A stretch of DNA of 32,191 bases, taken from positions 1 to 32,191 of the forward strand of contig JALJEE010003005.1 of assembly GCA_023231475.1 (NCBI GenBank), given 5' to 3'. Each line of letters begins with the position of its first letter. The stretch's first letter is position 1. The stretch is from Seison nebaliae. Taxonomy: Eukaryota. The notes beneath the pieces were generated by a model that was not told where the DNA came from, ran no database searches, and saw only the letters and a program-made list of their open reading frames with translations. Positions 7,901 through 23,100 of the stretch are shown here, piece by piece. A program made the translations under genes and the position numbers.

Positions 7901-10900
7901 AAAAAACTTTTATTTTTTCTATTTCCGTCAGTCATTTCTATAATCATAATAGTCCTCAAACATATTATAGCCAAGACTTGTTTCGTTGTTATCGTGAGAT
8001 GAAATGAGGACGATTATTATTGGTGTTATGTAATAGTTAGTTTATCGACATATTATCGGAAGACGTCGACAGAGGAGGAGAAGAATAAAGAAATGAACAG
8101 GATATATTTAATAATATAGTACTACTACACAACTATGATCATCGCCATCATCCTCATCACCAACATCATCATTAATACTTCTTACTAATTCTTTCTTCCG
8201 TCTTTCATCGCCTATTATTGTTGTTCATTGTGTTTTTATTCGAATTTATTTATTTCCCGTTTATGAGATGAATGAAGTGGACTTATGTTTTCTCTTCGTT
8301 CTCTTTTGTTAATAAAGATGGTTATTTTGATGGAATTCTGTTGAAATGTCACTCGAAATGGAGTAAGATATCAGTTGACCTTTTCAATTGATACCATCTT
8401 CTTCTTTTCCTTAAAGAAACTACGATAGTCGTCAACATATCTGATGCTACTTTGTAGTTGATTCTTCTTCTTCATCGTTTTCTACTTTCTTTCTTTCTTT
8501 CTTTCTTTATTTCTTCCTTACTCGACCTGTGTACCTTCCCAACATCTTGTACCATCACCATCATTATTTCTATAAATGTTATTATTTGAATTTTCAGAAA
8601 CACCTGTACGGAGGTTATGGTCGTTATTCCATTCTTCATATCATCCTTTCTCGTACGAATAAGAGAATCGTAAAAATTTATGTTTTTCCTCACACATTTG
8701 ATCTGTTACTGATCGAGATTTGATTCATTACCATATCAATCCCCATTTCAAATCCGATTATTTTCTATTAATTTCTTTATTCTATGAACAAATATGATGT
8801 AACTATCTCTTACTGCCATCATTCCAACACTCATCAATGTCTTTCCCATACTTACGTAATGTTATCATAAAACGAGTCATAACTAGACAATTTATTAAGT
8901 AGATAAACGAATTTTATATCGTCTTCAATGAGGATGGAAATTATCTTATTTTTTTTCATTATATCTCAACAATCTCGTCTCCAAACACAAATGGCATTTC
9001 TGTTAGACTTCCAAGAAACTATTCCACATTCTCTTCTATCTTCTACATCTCCTGTTGACGAGATACAATTTCCATCATTTTATTTATATTTCTCCGTTTA
9101 CTTAATGCATATTGGAAGCGGGTTTGTATGTAGACGGGTTGATATTTGACCACCACCTCACCACTACCATCACAATTAATCACTGACATTTCCAATTGAT
9201 ATTATCTGTTTTCTTTTCATATTTCTCTTCCATCATTCCGATAAATTTTCATAATTGTTTAGTTTCTTTTTGTATTTACTTCCAATTATTGATTATTGGA
9301 ATTTTATCGATAATTGGAATGATTACACCGTTTTCCTCACCAAATTCATGTAACTGGAAAACGAAATAATAAAAAATGAATTTTCCACAAATTATTTTCG
9401 ATATTACAAATAACATTTCAGAGTAATCCCTATGGTCTTTCGATATCGATCATCTATTCATTACCTAATCCTAAAAAGAATGACCCAACTTTTTATTTGT
9501 AAATTTTATTCACATTACCTAATTACATAAACTAATTGATAATCTTCCTATTATTGTATTGGATCTCTCAATCCTATTGAACCAAAACGAATAATTTCTA
9601 CCAAACATTTCTCATCTTCTTCAATTTAACCAGATGATGATTGTTTAATTTTACTCTTTTCCCCATTGTCGCTCTCAATTCCTCATTGTGTTCAGGAAGA
9701 AATTATAATGAACTTATCGTCTGCGATGTGTAAAGAATCGATTCCTCTTCTCCAATTATCAAGAACTTCTTCATTATACGACTACCAGTAACATCTCGTA
9801 GTGAGAATGAAGTAAATGTAATGATTGTGAACATATGATGGTGATGGGAGGAAATGACTATTGCCCAACATGAGCATCATCGTTAACAGTTTCATCATCA
9901 ACAGTTGCATCGAATTAAGCTTAAGTGTTCTTTAATCAATTTTCTTCTTCTTCCTCTTTCTCCTCCTCCTTCATCATCCAGCTACTTTTTGTATTTAATT
10001 GAACTGTCATAAAACTTCTTATCACCCCGCTTTATCGTCCAATTGTTTATTCTAATTGTCCTCATTCTCTTGTGCAGAATATACACTCCAAATACACACC
10101 TCAAACGAAAACGTTTTACTTTTTCTTTCGCCAAAACGAAATCTTCAAGTTTCAATTATTTTTCATTTCGTTTAAATTAAATTATAATATATTTTAAATA
10201 ATATTATTATTTATATTAATTATTGGAATTAATTTAATTATTTTTAGAAAAATTGAGATTTTTCACATCCGTGTTCAATTAACATCGATTCAATAATCTG
10301 GATTAAAGTCGTGTTCATTTTATATTAGGAATGAATGATAATGTTTTTAACATTAATTAATTTTTCATTTATACAAATCAGTTAATTGATGAGAAATTTG
10401 TCAATTATTAATTTGTGGATCAATTCGTTGTGATAATATTCAAACTTGTTACGTAGTTTAGAGATCTCTTTCCGTCATGCTCTGAAACAGATTTAACAGC
10501 AGAATGATAACATTTCCATCCAGTCCCAATAATTCACACATCCAACAGATTGGTGCGATAAACGTTTCGACAACAAGATAGAATAGATAGCTGACTAAAA
10601 TCGGTTGATAAAAGAAGATTTGAAAATTGAAAATATTCTATTCCATTAGAGAATGTAGAGAGATGGAATTATGATTGCGTAATACATAGTTCGACTATTT
10701 TATCTCGTCATGATGAAATAAGAAAAACAAAAGAATAATTATAAGTTATGTTCTTCCTCATCGTTGAATGATGTATATGTTGCAGTAGTGGATGAATAAT
10801 TCTCGCAAACTTCACTTCTTACTCATCATTATTATCACATCATTCATTATGAAACTTTTCTACATTAAATGATTTCCTTCTTCCTTCACAACATGAGAAT

Positions 10901-13900
10901 GCGATTGCACAAGAATTACAATTTATAGTAGAAACAATAAGTAAAAGTTCTGCAAAACTCTTCTTCGATGGCGACTATTTGGAGAAAAAGTTGAATTTGA
11001 TGTTATTTATTAATTTTTTCGCTTTTCATTCATTCACACCGTGATGCTGATGGGAAGAGAGTTTAGTTTTCATTTATTCTCAACCAAAACATTTCCGTCT
11101 TCCCCCAATCGTTTTAAATGATAAACCACTCACGTCTTCCTCATCCAATTCATTAATGGAAAAGAACCATAATTCTAAATAGATTTATGGATTTTCCTAT
11201 GACCGACAATCGTCATCATTAAAAGTGAGTCGAAGGAGCCTTTGTTTTATCAACACCAACATGAGACAGAAGCAAAACTCATATATCAATAATCATCTAT
11301 CAGAGTTGAGCGGAAATATAAAACGGAAATTCCATACAACTTTCCCACGGAAGAAATTTCATCTAATAATCGATCGTTCATAATTGAAATAATTTTTTGT
11401 GGACGAAATCAAAATTAATTGTGACCGATAGTCATCAAAAATTCTGATTCCTATTCAAATTATCATAATTATGTCTATCGTTGCATTATCGTCATTTTAT
11501 ATAATCGACAATTGATAGTTTGCATTAACAGACTGTGAATGTAGTGATAGAAATTCGAAATTTTCCATAATCGACCAAATGAGTTACACGTGCTAATATC
11601 ATTCTCACGATTAGTAAATGGCCATCATTATCTATTCCTTACGATGAACGACGAGATATTGCGCAGAACATAACAATTTTCTATTTTAGATTGATATTAC
11701 CCATATCATTATCTAATATTTAGTGATACAGACTCTTATCATCCTCAAATTACATCACTTTCCATTTCTCCCCATTTTTAACAATCTCATTTTTTTTCGA
11801 GTCTGATACTATACAGAGAGATATCTCTGGTAATTTTCTTCCATTATCTCATGACCATAATGATTTTTTTGAAAATTATTTATTTAAGAAAGAAAACATA
11901 ATTTTTTGTTTCATCGCTTATCACGAACTTTTTTCAGCATAGGAAGTGACACTTCATTTCCTTTCACCGGAAACTTTCCCAAATAACGTCGACGTCGAAC
12001 TTTCCATTGATAATTCACGAAGAATAAAAAGATTGAAGAAAAATGATTTAAATCATTTCAACTTTGCTGCTGTGACGAAGAATCACATTCGTCTTTCTCA
12101 CAAACATATTGTTCGAATTGAAATTTTGTGGAGAAAGGAAAATGTCCAACATTAATCATTTTCCTTCACAATATTCATCAATTCACTTATCGTAATCACT
12201 CATGTTATCGAGTACACTTTACACGGAAAGTTTCTTCAGTTTCTTATCGAAATTATAATTGAATTTTTCTAATAAACATGCACTTCATTCCGTTTAATTC
12301 ACAGGAAAATTTCTTTTATTTGTTATTCGCCAATTTCTTTCTCTTCTTTCTTGTAAGCTTATTGAATAAGTTTTTTGAGAATCCTTCAAAATTGTTAAAG
12401 TTCAATTCATCTGAAATGTAGAAGGGAAAATTTGCGCAAAAAATTATGCCACTCTTTTCCAGACTCGGTTTTCTCATATGTTTTCTAAGTTTCTTTGTCC
12501 ATAATATCTAAATTTTGAAAAGCTGAGAACTGTCAAAGAATATTTCATGAATCATTGAGATTCGAATTGACGTTGTGAGGGAGAAGAATATGTTACAGAA
12601 AATTTTTGATTTGCAAAAAGAAAGATTGTCAAGAACTTAGTGATATATTTACATATATCGATGAATGTATTCGATCCGATACACATATTTAATTACTGAC
12701 ATGTACATGACGACCATCGAATGAGGATGTGCTTTCACTTTCTGTACATCTTCCAAATGAATGATCAAATTGAAAATACTGATACAATGGAAAGGAGGAG
12801 CAAATACTTTTGCCTTGTCATACATCTTCTACATTCTTTTCTATCTTCAATAACCTCCAAAAAGAATGAAATTTTGATATTTTTATTATTATCTGAACCG
12901 TAACGAGAATCGAAGGCGGGATATCTAATTAATCAGGTAAAAAGGATTTTCAAATAGTTCTATCTATCTCGAAATTTGGAGAAACAATTGAACTTTATCA
13001 ATCAGATAATATTTATAAATGAATATTGATTTTTATCACATGTTTTATGCTATAAAAAACGGTAGAGAAAAAAACGGAAAAAAATTGACTTCGTTCGTTC
13101 AATTTTCATATTAATCATAAGGGGAGAATTCATGCTCGTTTTATCTCAATCTATTTCTATCAATAACATTCTAAATATTCCAAAAATAATTCATCAACAA
13201 TAATCATCCTCAATAATGGTTATCAGTGATGATAGTAACTATTTTCCGTACTTAATGGTAGTCGTCGATCTAATCGTTCAATTTCATCAGATAAATAAAG
13301 TTGTACTACTTTCGTAAATGAGAGTTTATTTAATAATATCATCATTTCTCGATTATTTCGACAAGTGAGATGTTATTTTTGTATTATCCGCATGTTAGTC
13401 GTCATGTAAAATTGACATATGGAGAAATTGTGGTGGGATAGATAGAAGGAGAAGGAATTCATTTATTAATAAATCTCATGATGATTCGAGGTTATCTTAT
13501 CATATTTCCCCTAATTATTTCCCCTGTCGAAATGGTTATGTACCTCAACAAACAATATTTGTTTTGTGTTATTCTCAATTTATCAATAATTCTATTTATA
13601 ACTGTCATCGGGAATATGAAAATAACGAATCTCACATTTACATAATATGATATGAGAAGAGTGTTCATGTAAGTGGAATATTCTCTTCTCAATCATCACA
13701 GAAAGATCAATTAGGAATATTGTTTTTCTCAATGAATTCGCTATTCAATATTTTAATTAGATTGATAAATGGACGAGGACGAAAATTAATACGATACCTT
13801 CGTTCGCACCTTCTTTCAATGAGTCCATTCATTCAATCACATTTAGGACACTCTACATCCAAAGACTTAATTATTATCTTTATATTTGAATAAGAACGAC

Positions 13901-14006
13901 GTTTGATAAATTGAACACATTTATTATTCTATTTACATTATTTCTATTCCGAATCAATATCTCAATTTCAACCTACAAATTTTCATAAAATTAAAGGTGT
14001 AAATGA

Positions 14007-14155
14007 AAATTAATAAAAATTTAAGTTTTGATTTAGTTTTTATGAAGGAAATTTATATAAATTTAATTTTTGACATTCTTTTTAATCCAAATTTATAGAA
14101 ATTTAAATGTTAATAGAGTTTTTTAAGGAAAATTTGTACGAATTCAATTTTTAAA
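14007..14155. repeat. Degenerate AT-rich tandem repeat, period about 41 nt, four copies
   Basis: Cores AAATTAATAAAAATTTAAGTTTTG (14007), AAATTTATATAAATTTAATTTTTG (14049), AAATTTATAGAAATTTAAATGTTA (14089), AAATTTGTACGAATTCAATTTTTA (14130); spacings 42, 40, 41. Confidence 0.5.
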
Positions 14156-17100
14156 TTATCTAACAATTTATAAGATTGATTGTCAAATAACTGAAATGTC
14201 CTCGATATTGAGAGAAAGGTGTTGAGGAGAAGAGTAGTCAGTTTAATATTCATGCTCACTCATATTATTCATTCCAGTTTTATTGCCACTTGAGGAATAT
14301 GCGGAGAGGAATAACGAGTCAAGATGAAACTGCTCGTTTCTCAGTTCATATTCGTCATTCCTATACGAATTCCTAATGGAGTGCAGCTGTTGTTGTTTAT
14401 GTGCAACAATTGCACATGAGAAATTTATTAGTGACCTCTCGAGTTTGATGGCGAAAGATCATTAATATTCATCGCCTCCTATATTCTTCGGAGTAAATTT
14501 TTTCGTATCACGTTTTACTCGAATCATATTTTACGCACCTTATCCTCATTAAAGTAAACAAATTGATAATCCGTTCCTCCATTATTTGCCTCTATCGTTC
14601 GATTTCTCAATTTTATCAAATTCATTCTCTTCCATCACTGACCAATGTCCAAGCAGTCAATAATATTATTCTTTTTTCTATTTCTTTCAATCGTGGTAAG
14701 CTTATTTGAAAGTTATTTCTCAAATAATTTTCATAACTAAACAATTTTCAGATAGAATTATCGAAAAGTTATCGATGAAAAATGAAGGGAAGATTTTGGG
14801 GAAAACGAAAGTTAATTTTTTCGGGAAATGATTTAAGATATGTGATGAAATAAACCATTAATTCTTAAATATGAAGGTAAGTGAAATTATGCAAACTAAA
14901 TAAAAGACACTGACATCTCCAGCAATATTCTCAGATATTGATAATGAGTTATGTAATCAAGGTCAATTATAACGATACTTATTTTATTCGGCATCACCAA
15001 ATATCGACGATGTCTGAGATGGGAGTAGAGAGGAAGATTTCTAATTTTTTGATTAAAGTAACATTCCTACTGTTAATGCATAATATGATTTTACATACGT
15101 AATTTCAGTTCGCTAATGAAAAATAAGAAAGCGACAAATTTTTTGATTGGAATACCGCTAAAGTACTAAATAAAAATAAAAATTATTCTATAAGAGAATT
15201 TTGCCCAATTCTTCTTCGTATATGAAGCACGTAGAGTGAAAGTGAAAAGTTTATATGTTACAGAAGGAATTGGTATGAAAGTTGTAAAAGTTTCGTTATA
15301 CGCTTCTCAAATTTCAGTTTAGAAGGAACTGAGTTTCTTTGCCATCGGCACAATTCTTTTTTAGGATAGAAAACGAGTCGTTAGTTTTAATTTATAGTCG
15401 ATTCCCGACGAATGTCATCTGAGAAGATCCTTCTATTCTTCTTCCACTTTTTTTATCTATTGAGAAAATGTTCGATAAATTTTCTTTTTATCTCATCCAT
15501 GCCGAATTCCCTTCTTTATCTATTGTCATTGAACGATGATGATTGTTAAATGCAAATGATACATTTCTCCAAATAATTATTAATAGCTAATTTATGTATA
15601 AATTCTTCTTATATTTTTTGACATAGACAGAATCGTGGATGGTTCACAATAGGCGAAAAGAATATTTTGCATATCTCAATTTTCAAATTCGTCAATTCTT
15701 TTTCTCTTGTTTTAGACGAACAAATTTTTTCTTTTAGATCTTTTCCCATTTTTGCTGTTTGCAATCTGTCAATAGATTTTTTATGAAAAAAACAGATTAA
15801 ATGATGACATAACCAAATTTCCGTTCTCACACCAAAAATTGTAGCAAACATGTATTATGTAAGATTCAGGGCCGAACCATTTATCTAATCTCGTTTTCTT
15901 CACCAGACTCATAAAATTCTCGCCAATTTATATTTGTCGAAAGAAAAGATTAACTTGGTTGATGGAAAGAAGATTTCTACTCGATAATATTTCATAGTTT
16001 AGTAGTTCATTTTCCGTTTAGGAAAATGATTGACGGTGGAATTGATAATGAATTGATCATGTCTCAAGCACTTTGTTCACGAGGTGTTTTCTTAAGGAAA
16101 TTTGATCAACATAAGATACATATCTTTGGGAAATTTCATTTTTGTAAGGTTGAAGGAAATTTTATATGGATCATGGTATTAGCGCTTTTGTAAATATTGA
16201 AGGAGTACAAGTAACTGAACGACAACTGTTTCATCCATTAAGGGGACGAGCTGTCGATTTTGTGGTTGTTTTCCGTTGTCTAAATTGGTATTGAAATTCT
16301 TAATGTTTTCGAAAGGAAACCAATTTTTCGAAGGTCGTTATCATGTTTTCTGCTTATGGTCGTTTCAGAGAGAGAGTGAGTGATTGATGGTTAATTTAGT
16401 TTCTGTTTAGCAGATGTTCCTCATTTCCATGATTCGTGTAATGTTCGTCATTATCATAATCTTTTCCGATAATGATGGTGGGTGATATTGATGGTTTTTC
16501 CTCATTCGATTGTCATAAATTTTTTTTATTATTATATTAATTTTCCAATAAATGGAAGGAGATAGAAGAATGATCGGATTTGATGGCAATATGAAAAGAA
16601 ATTAATGGATTGGAACTGTTGTGCGCGAAAGTCGAAACAATTGACTGGAAGAAGATAGAATGAAAGATGAAACAGATTGCTGTCGTATTAAGAGAGAGAG
16701 AGGAAGATGAATAGGAAGTTAAGTTACAATGAAACGCCGCATGAAGTAATGACCAATTTAATTAGGTCAAAGACACCGGAATGGATCCTGTTAATTTCGT
16801 CTGTTCTCTCCCATTAACAATTCAGCAATTTAGTTTTGTTGACAGAGATGTCTATTCGGGAGGACGAAGAAGAAAAGAAGGATAAAGAGTTCGATAGATG
16901 GATCGATGGGAACTATATTACTTCGAGGAACATATAAATAGAAGGAAGTGCGAATAGCAGAATGAATTATTCCTTCCAAAATGACGAAGTAAGAGGAAAA
17001 TTTTTGGTGTTAGATTAGTCGATTTATTTAACCTCATTTACCCTGACGATATGTCGTCATTAGCGAGAATTTTATCTTCCTCGGGAAATTATATGAAAGA

Positions 17101-20100
17101 ATTTCTCTTTCGTTTATTTTCTTCCAAGAAGAAGAAGATGACGACGACGAAATGGAAGACGATTTCTCCTTCAAACCAAAAATATCATTCCATTCTGATG
17201 ATTTACTCATATTTCACCATTTTCCTTCCTATTAATAATCCTTCAATATTGTCATTGTTGTTGTTGTTGGTTTTGTTGTTGTTAATGATTTAATAGTTAA
17301 TCCGATTTTTATTTAATTCATGATGATTGCCATAAAATAATCTTGAAATATTCTTCATTATTCCATAGTCAATTATTACATAATCTTTTCTATCGTTTAT
17401 TCTACTTGTTTCTTATGTTATTGCTCCTAATGAAGATAATGGATTATATTGAATACTTTAAAGAAATTAAATTAGATTAAATTTATTCAAAAATATTCCA
17501 TCATCGCAACCATCACCACAACCATATTTTTCCATTTTCAACCCGAATAGATACCGAAGGGAAGATTAGTTGTTATATATTGGAAGTAATGGAATGATTA
17601 TTGATGGAATGATGGAAATTTATTGAAGATAATCAGAATTATAAAAACTTTATTATTATACAACAATCATTTGTTTGATGAATATTTACATTCCTTTTGT
17701 TTTGGTGATGCAGTCTGACCTAATTTCATTCGGCTTCAAATAAATCTCTTACGATTCGAGTCTAACTCAAGTTCTTTTATTTCTTCGACAATCTCCATCG
17801 ACGTACACCTTCATACCGATCGACCAAACTGTTTATAGACTGTGGTTCTTTATATGAATAAATTGGAAGTTTGTACTTCTACATCTTCATTTCCATTTTT
17901 TCATCTCACATCTTCTTCTATAAACGGTAATAATTCCTCATCAGTTTATTATCACTCATCATTCGAATAATATCATTAAATATTTATCGTCTTCAACCAT
18001 CGATCGACGAGTATTAACAGTGTTTAAGTACTCCTAAAGTAGCACTCTTTATTCTCAAGGTAATTATTATTATTCTCACTCAAAATGATCATGTGGATCA
18101 AGTTCTTCATTTATTTAATTATTATTATTCATTGAATCGAATCAATCACGACTCATGTCAGTCTACAATTGAGCAATCAATCGAACATGATAAGAGGATT
18201 TTCCACTTTAAAATAGTTATGAGCAATCCGATTTACTTCCGTTCTCAAAAAGAAGAAGTAACAATTCTCCATGAATATTCTTTAGGTAGATTCCTTAACA
18301 GATTAGTTCATCCATCCGATGTTGATTATGATTCACAAAAGTTTCAGCTAACTTCATCAAATTTTCCAACATTCGAATGATTCTAATCTACTTAACCACT
18401 TTTTACAATTGTCTTCCATTACCATTTGTTTCTCTTCCCTTCAATACTTAGTTCTCATATAATCTCTTCTAAACGACCCCAACAACACATTCCAAAACCT
18501 GTATGATGATATTTCTTTTCAAAATTTATTTAATGTTATTTAAAAAATAACATTCTTCTCACTTCGTTCCAATTCTTCGATTTTTCAATTTTCAAATCTT
18601 TTTGTTTTTCTCCGTCCAACAACAACATCATTTCAAGAACAATGGGAGTTTGTTAGTTTTGTTCGTATATCAGGTAACGTGTTATCATCAGACAACCTTA
18701 TTATTAGTTACGAGTCTCCATGAATCATTCCAAGAGAATATTAACTTTGTATGAAAAAAATGAGAATCCGATCAACACCCGTCGCAATTAACAAATAAAT
18801 CTGTAATCCCTTGAATGACTCCCATTCTGATTAAGGTGAGAAGTGTGTGGATATGAAACATTTTTCGTCGACTTTTTTTTCATTCCTTAATATGTCACGC
18901 TTCTATTTTCCCCTTCAATCGAACGGAAACGAAGTAAAAGTAGAATCGAAATAAATTTTAAGATTCTTCTCAAAACTTTATCTCTTTATCTGATTATCCT
19001 ATTCTTAACTGTCCTTATGAGTTGAAGGGAGAATGTTGAAGGAAATCTTAGACTTCTCCTAATTCAAACAGATTTTACTGAATCGACTAAGAGAGAGGAA
19101 ATAGTTAACTTGGTGAGGATGTTTAGTTAATTTGATGTTTCACATCAACTCGTACCTGGAAGGCATACTTGGAATTCTGAGAGATTTGTAGGGGAATATC
19201 ATCATTCAGATCGGAAAGTTGCGACTACTTCCAATCCTGATCCATTAGAGCAGGAAGGTGAAAGAAAGAATTCCGTTCTCCTTAGACGAAGTGAGACATA
19301 CTATTCCACATATCAAAGACATACACATATATACAACTGGCACAAATTCATGCCGTATATATATATATTCCGATATGGAAAGACGGAAATAGAAATGATA
19401 TGATCGTCAAACGGACTATTTTTCCTTTTTAATTATTTTCATTTTATGTCGTTATCGCTTCCCATAGAAAAGAACGAAAGAAACAAACATACCATAAATC
19501 GTAGTTTAATATGATGAACAAATAATAAGAAGGGAATTGGTGAAAATTTATTAAACAGGAGAAAATTTTTACCGACATCACCAAATGCCATCGATTATGG
19601 AATTGAATGAAAATGGAATCAAAATACCAATTAATAATCAAAAATTTTTTTTTGTCATTTTTTCCACCACTTCCTCTTCTCCACTCCTAACCGCAATCAC
19701 ATCAATATTGTTGTATTTCAAAAAAAAAATTTATTTTCCATTTCTTGATAAGTCGAAAGGGAGAAATGTGCGGTAAACCGTTTTCGACTGTACAATTCGA
19801 TCATATAGTTCTCTTGCTATGCTTATTCATTTCCCAATATCAAGTCATTTGTCATTTAAGAATCTTGGTGTTTTGCCTTCATTAAATTGATGAATATTCT
19901 AAAGATTTTTCTCCTCTTTTGTTTTCTTTTCGTGAACTCTTTGTAATTTGCTGACGGCTAAAATTCTTTTATGCTCTTTTCTCCTTAACATGTTCCCCAT
20001 TTTTTAATGCTCCTGCTCCGAAATGGTTCACTCTCGTTCAAACGACCGTACTACCTAAATATTTTAGTTGTTAATGTTCATTCCTCTTTCAATCCTTTCG

Positions 20101-23100
20101 GAGATATTCTCCTTCTATTTCTTCCTTTTCCATCATATTGGACAGCAAAACGAAACTTCAAACAAATTCTTTAAAATTGACAAATTCAGTAGGAGCGAGT
20201 AGGCTCAAAGGATTTTAATGTACATTCCTCTTCATGAATGTCATAACATTCAACTTCACTCGACATGAAAGTGAATTTGATTTGAAATTGAAATTGAATA
20301 GAGACAGAGGGAGAGGATTGAAAAAAGAAAGATGAAACACAAGTTATTTCCTGTGGGGGAGTTGAAATCATTTTTGAAAAATAGTTTCCGACTGTTTATC
20401 GTGAAGGTTTTTTCTTGTTTCATCAGACATTGTCGACGAGTGATCTCATGTTTCATGTCCGTCGATGAATAATTGATATTTAGTCGAACATATGTACGTG
20501 TATGATAATTGTTGTCGAGGTACTTTACTTTGTGGTTAGTTGTGGTGGGAAGTTCGTTCTAACACCTTCTACATTTCTCCCGAGTAATCGAAGAAAATTC
20601 TCCTTAATTCGATACCAAGAAATTAGTCGGTAATTGTAAGATGATATCACGCGGTAAACCAAATTACCGATGAAGCATCTTCCGTCATTTTCGCACCTGA
20701 TGATTCATCTCCTCACTTTCTTCCACTTCTAACAACAACATGACAACCACATACCTATAACAATAACAACAACAACAAAAGTTTCGTGGCATGGACGTAT
20801 TAGAAGCAGTTGTTGCCACAGATACTTTCACTTTCATCCTCCAATTCAACTTGCATAATAATTAACTTTTTCTTCTTTTATTTTACACTTCAACCACTAT
20901 CGCCTTACACCAGAAGAAGGAACCTCTTGCCATTCATTATACGCTTATTTTATTCATCCTTCAATCATCCATCAATCCATCCATTCTTTTCTTCTTCAAA
21001 TAACAGTCAGTGAGAATTGCCTTAACTTTTCCACTTTTTATTATAATAAATCATCATTCTCATTTTCTGGGTCAAAGAACGTCAAATAAATTGACTTCAT
21101 CATCAACAGCGTTTCTACGTAGTTGTTCCTATTTCTCTCATCGAAAAATGTTATCGAACACATAGCTATTGAAGATACAACTTCTTATTATGTTAATTAG
21201 CTAGGCAGATGGATAAGAAGAGAGTACTATGTAGTTTAATATAAATTCGTACAACGTATAACATACATTAATTTATATCAAAGTTTCCGTTTTCCAACGA
21301 TAATCAACTTTTTTCTTCACGTGAAATTGCAATTCTTTTCATTCACCATCCAACTTCACTCAACTTCTCTAACTACTTGTCTGATTGTTTAGTGAAATGA
21401 CCGAAACATTATGTCAATATTAATGGAAATCGTCAACTAATCCCGATTGTGGGGATAATGACATTTCTTATTTTTAGCTCCTTCCTCCTATCTTACGTCT
21501 TCTTCATTAGCTTTAAATTAATATTATTCATCAGGACTCTAAGAACTTATCGAATTTTCTTATTCAAAATTTATTGTCTCCATCTAAATTTTTTATATTC
21601 CTACATTTTTTCCGTTTTCTCCATTTTCTTCCAATGATTAGTTATAATCACATTTATTGGCAAGAATAAATGATGTTAATATGACTGTTATTGATGGTGG
21701 GGAGTGGTTATTGATGGAAATAATGAACAATTATTGTTTTTAGAATTTCTTCATATTTTTTCTTCATATGATGGTCAATGTTTTTCTTAATCTAATTCTT
21801 TTGTTTACAATAAATTTTCGTACTTACGAAGAAAGAAATATCTAATATTAACATCATTCTTTTATGGTTAGGAACCATTATTTTCCATGTTGAATCGTTC
21901 GGTCATCTCATCAACAATATCAGGACCGTCCACAGAGAATATTTTCAAGAAAAAATCATTCAGTCAGAGAAAATTGATATTCGATTAATTCCTTATTCAT
22001 TTCTCTTCAGAGCTCTTTTCCAGATAATTATTTTTCTTTGGAACTATTAAACAAATAAACAATTTAGTCTCAATAACTTCCAACATTTCATAGATGCTTT
22101 TCCGATTCTTTAAGTTCCCAATTAATGTTGTGAAACTGACAATTTTCTTACGGAAAAAAGGAATTGGGTAGCGAACCTTAAACTTTTCCGTCTAATTTAG
22201 AAGTACCAACATGAAAATGGAATGTACATTCAATATGTTTTCTCATCATATCATCCACATCGTTAGCGACAACAACAAACTAATATTAAAGTGATTATTA
22301 ATGCGGCTGTTGTTCGTTTATTTCTGCGTCGTGGTCATATTTGGAGGAGTAATGGTAGCCATTTGCTACCATCCCATCTTTCTCAGTCACTCATTTCTTA
22401 TTGTGATTTATATTTATTTTAAGTGGCCTAATGAAAAAATTTTAGGAAGACGATTCTTTTTTTGGTACTTGAAAAGTGAGTGAAGAATGGTGGAAACAAA
22501 TCTGAAAAAGTAAATAAGAATTTTCCCTAACAAAAAGTTTAGTCGAATTTTTTTTATTTAAAAATAATTTCAATTGACTTCTTAATTTGGGGGATAAGAG
22601 TAATAAATAGTATTCGTAAGTCTTATTTCTAGTTCTGTTGGTGTGTTAATTAGTTTTGTGGCAGTGTGAGATTACAGTATTAGTGAGATGTTTTAACGAG
22701 ATAAAGAGAAAAAAATGGGAGAAATTAATCTTATTCGAAAAAGGAATATTCATTCATTCTCACACGTTGTTGCAGTCACACCAATTTGTGAAGATAGTTT
22801 ATATTGATAAAATATTTGCTCAATGTCTCGATAAATCGAATCGATTCTTCTCTCATCGTCTAATGACGATTGAACAATCACTTCGTTTCAATCAAATGAC
22901 ATTCAGATATTTCAAGTACACTAATATCGTATTAAATAGTAGTCCCCATCGGCCACTCTTCAATCGAACTCTAGATTTAATCTCGATGTCTCCAGTTATT
23001 TCGACAACTCTACTCAATTTCCACTGCACTAAATCCATATCCCTCGTCCTTCTTTCCAAACCATAATAATCAACCGTTGAACTCTTTTATTGAATTACAA

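Noticed and set aside
6632..9347. Exact 15-mer TTCCTCACCAAATTC at 6632 and 9333
   Set aside because: A few matches of this length are expected by chance in 32 kb of biased sequence; flanks do not align.
12317..12507. 63-codon open minus frame ending ...KLTRKKRKKLANNK*
   Set aside because: Exon-like but with no homology cue and no partner exons found.
14399..14417. Perfect 8-bp hairpin ATGTGCAA-CAA-TTGCACAT
   Set aside because: Too short for a miRNA precursor; isolated and plausible by chance.
5040..23066. Numerous 60-136 aa ORFs in the central tract
   Set aside because: F/I/L/S/K-biased translations expected from AT-rich non-coding DNA, many with non-ATG starts, no domains.
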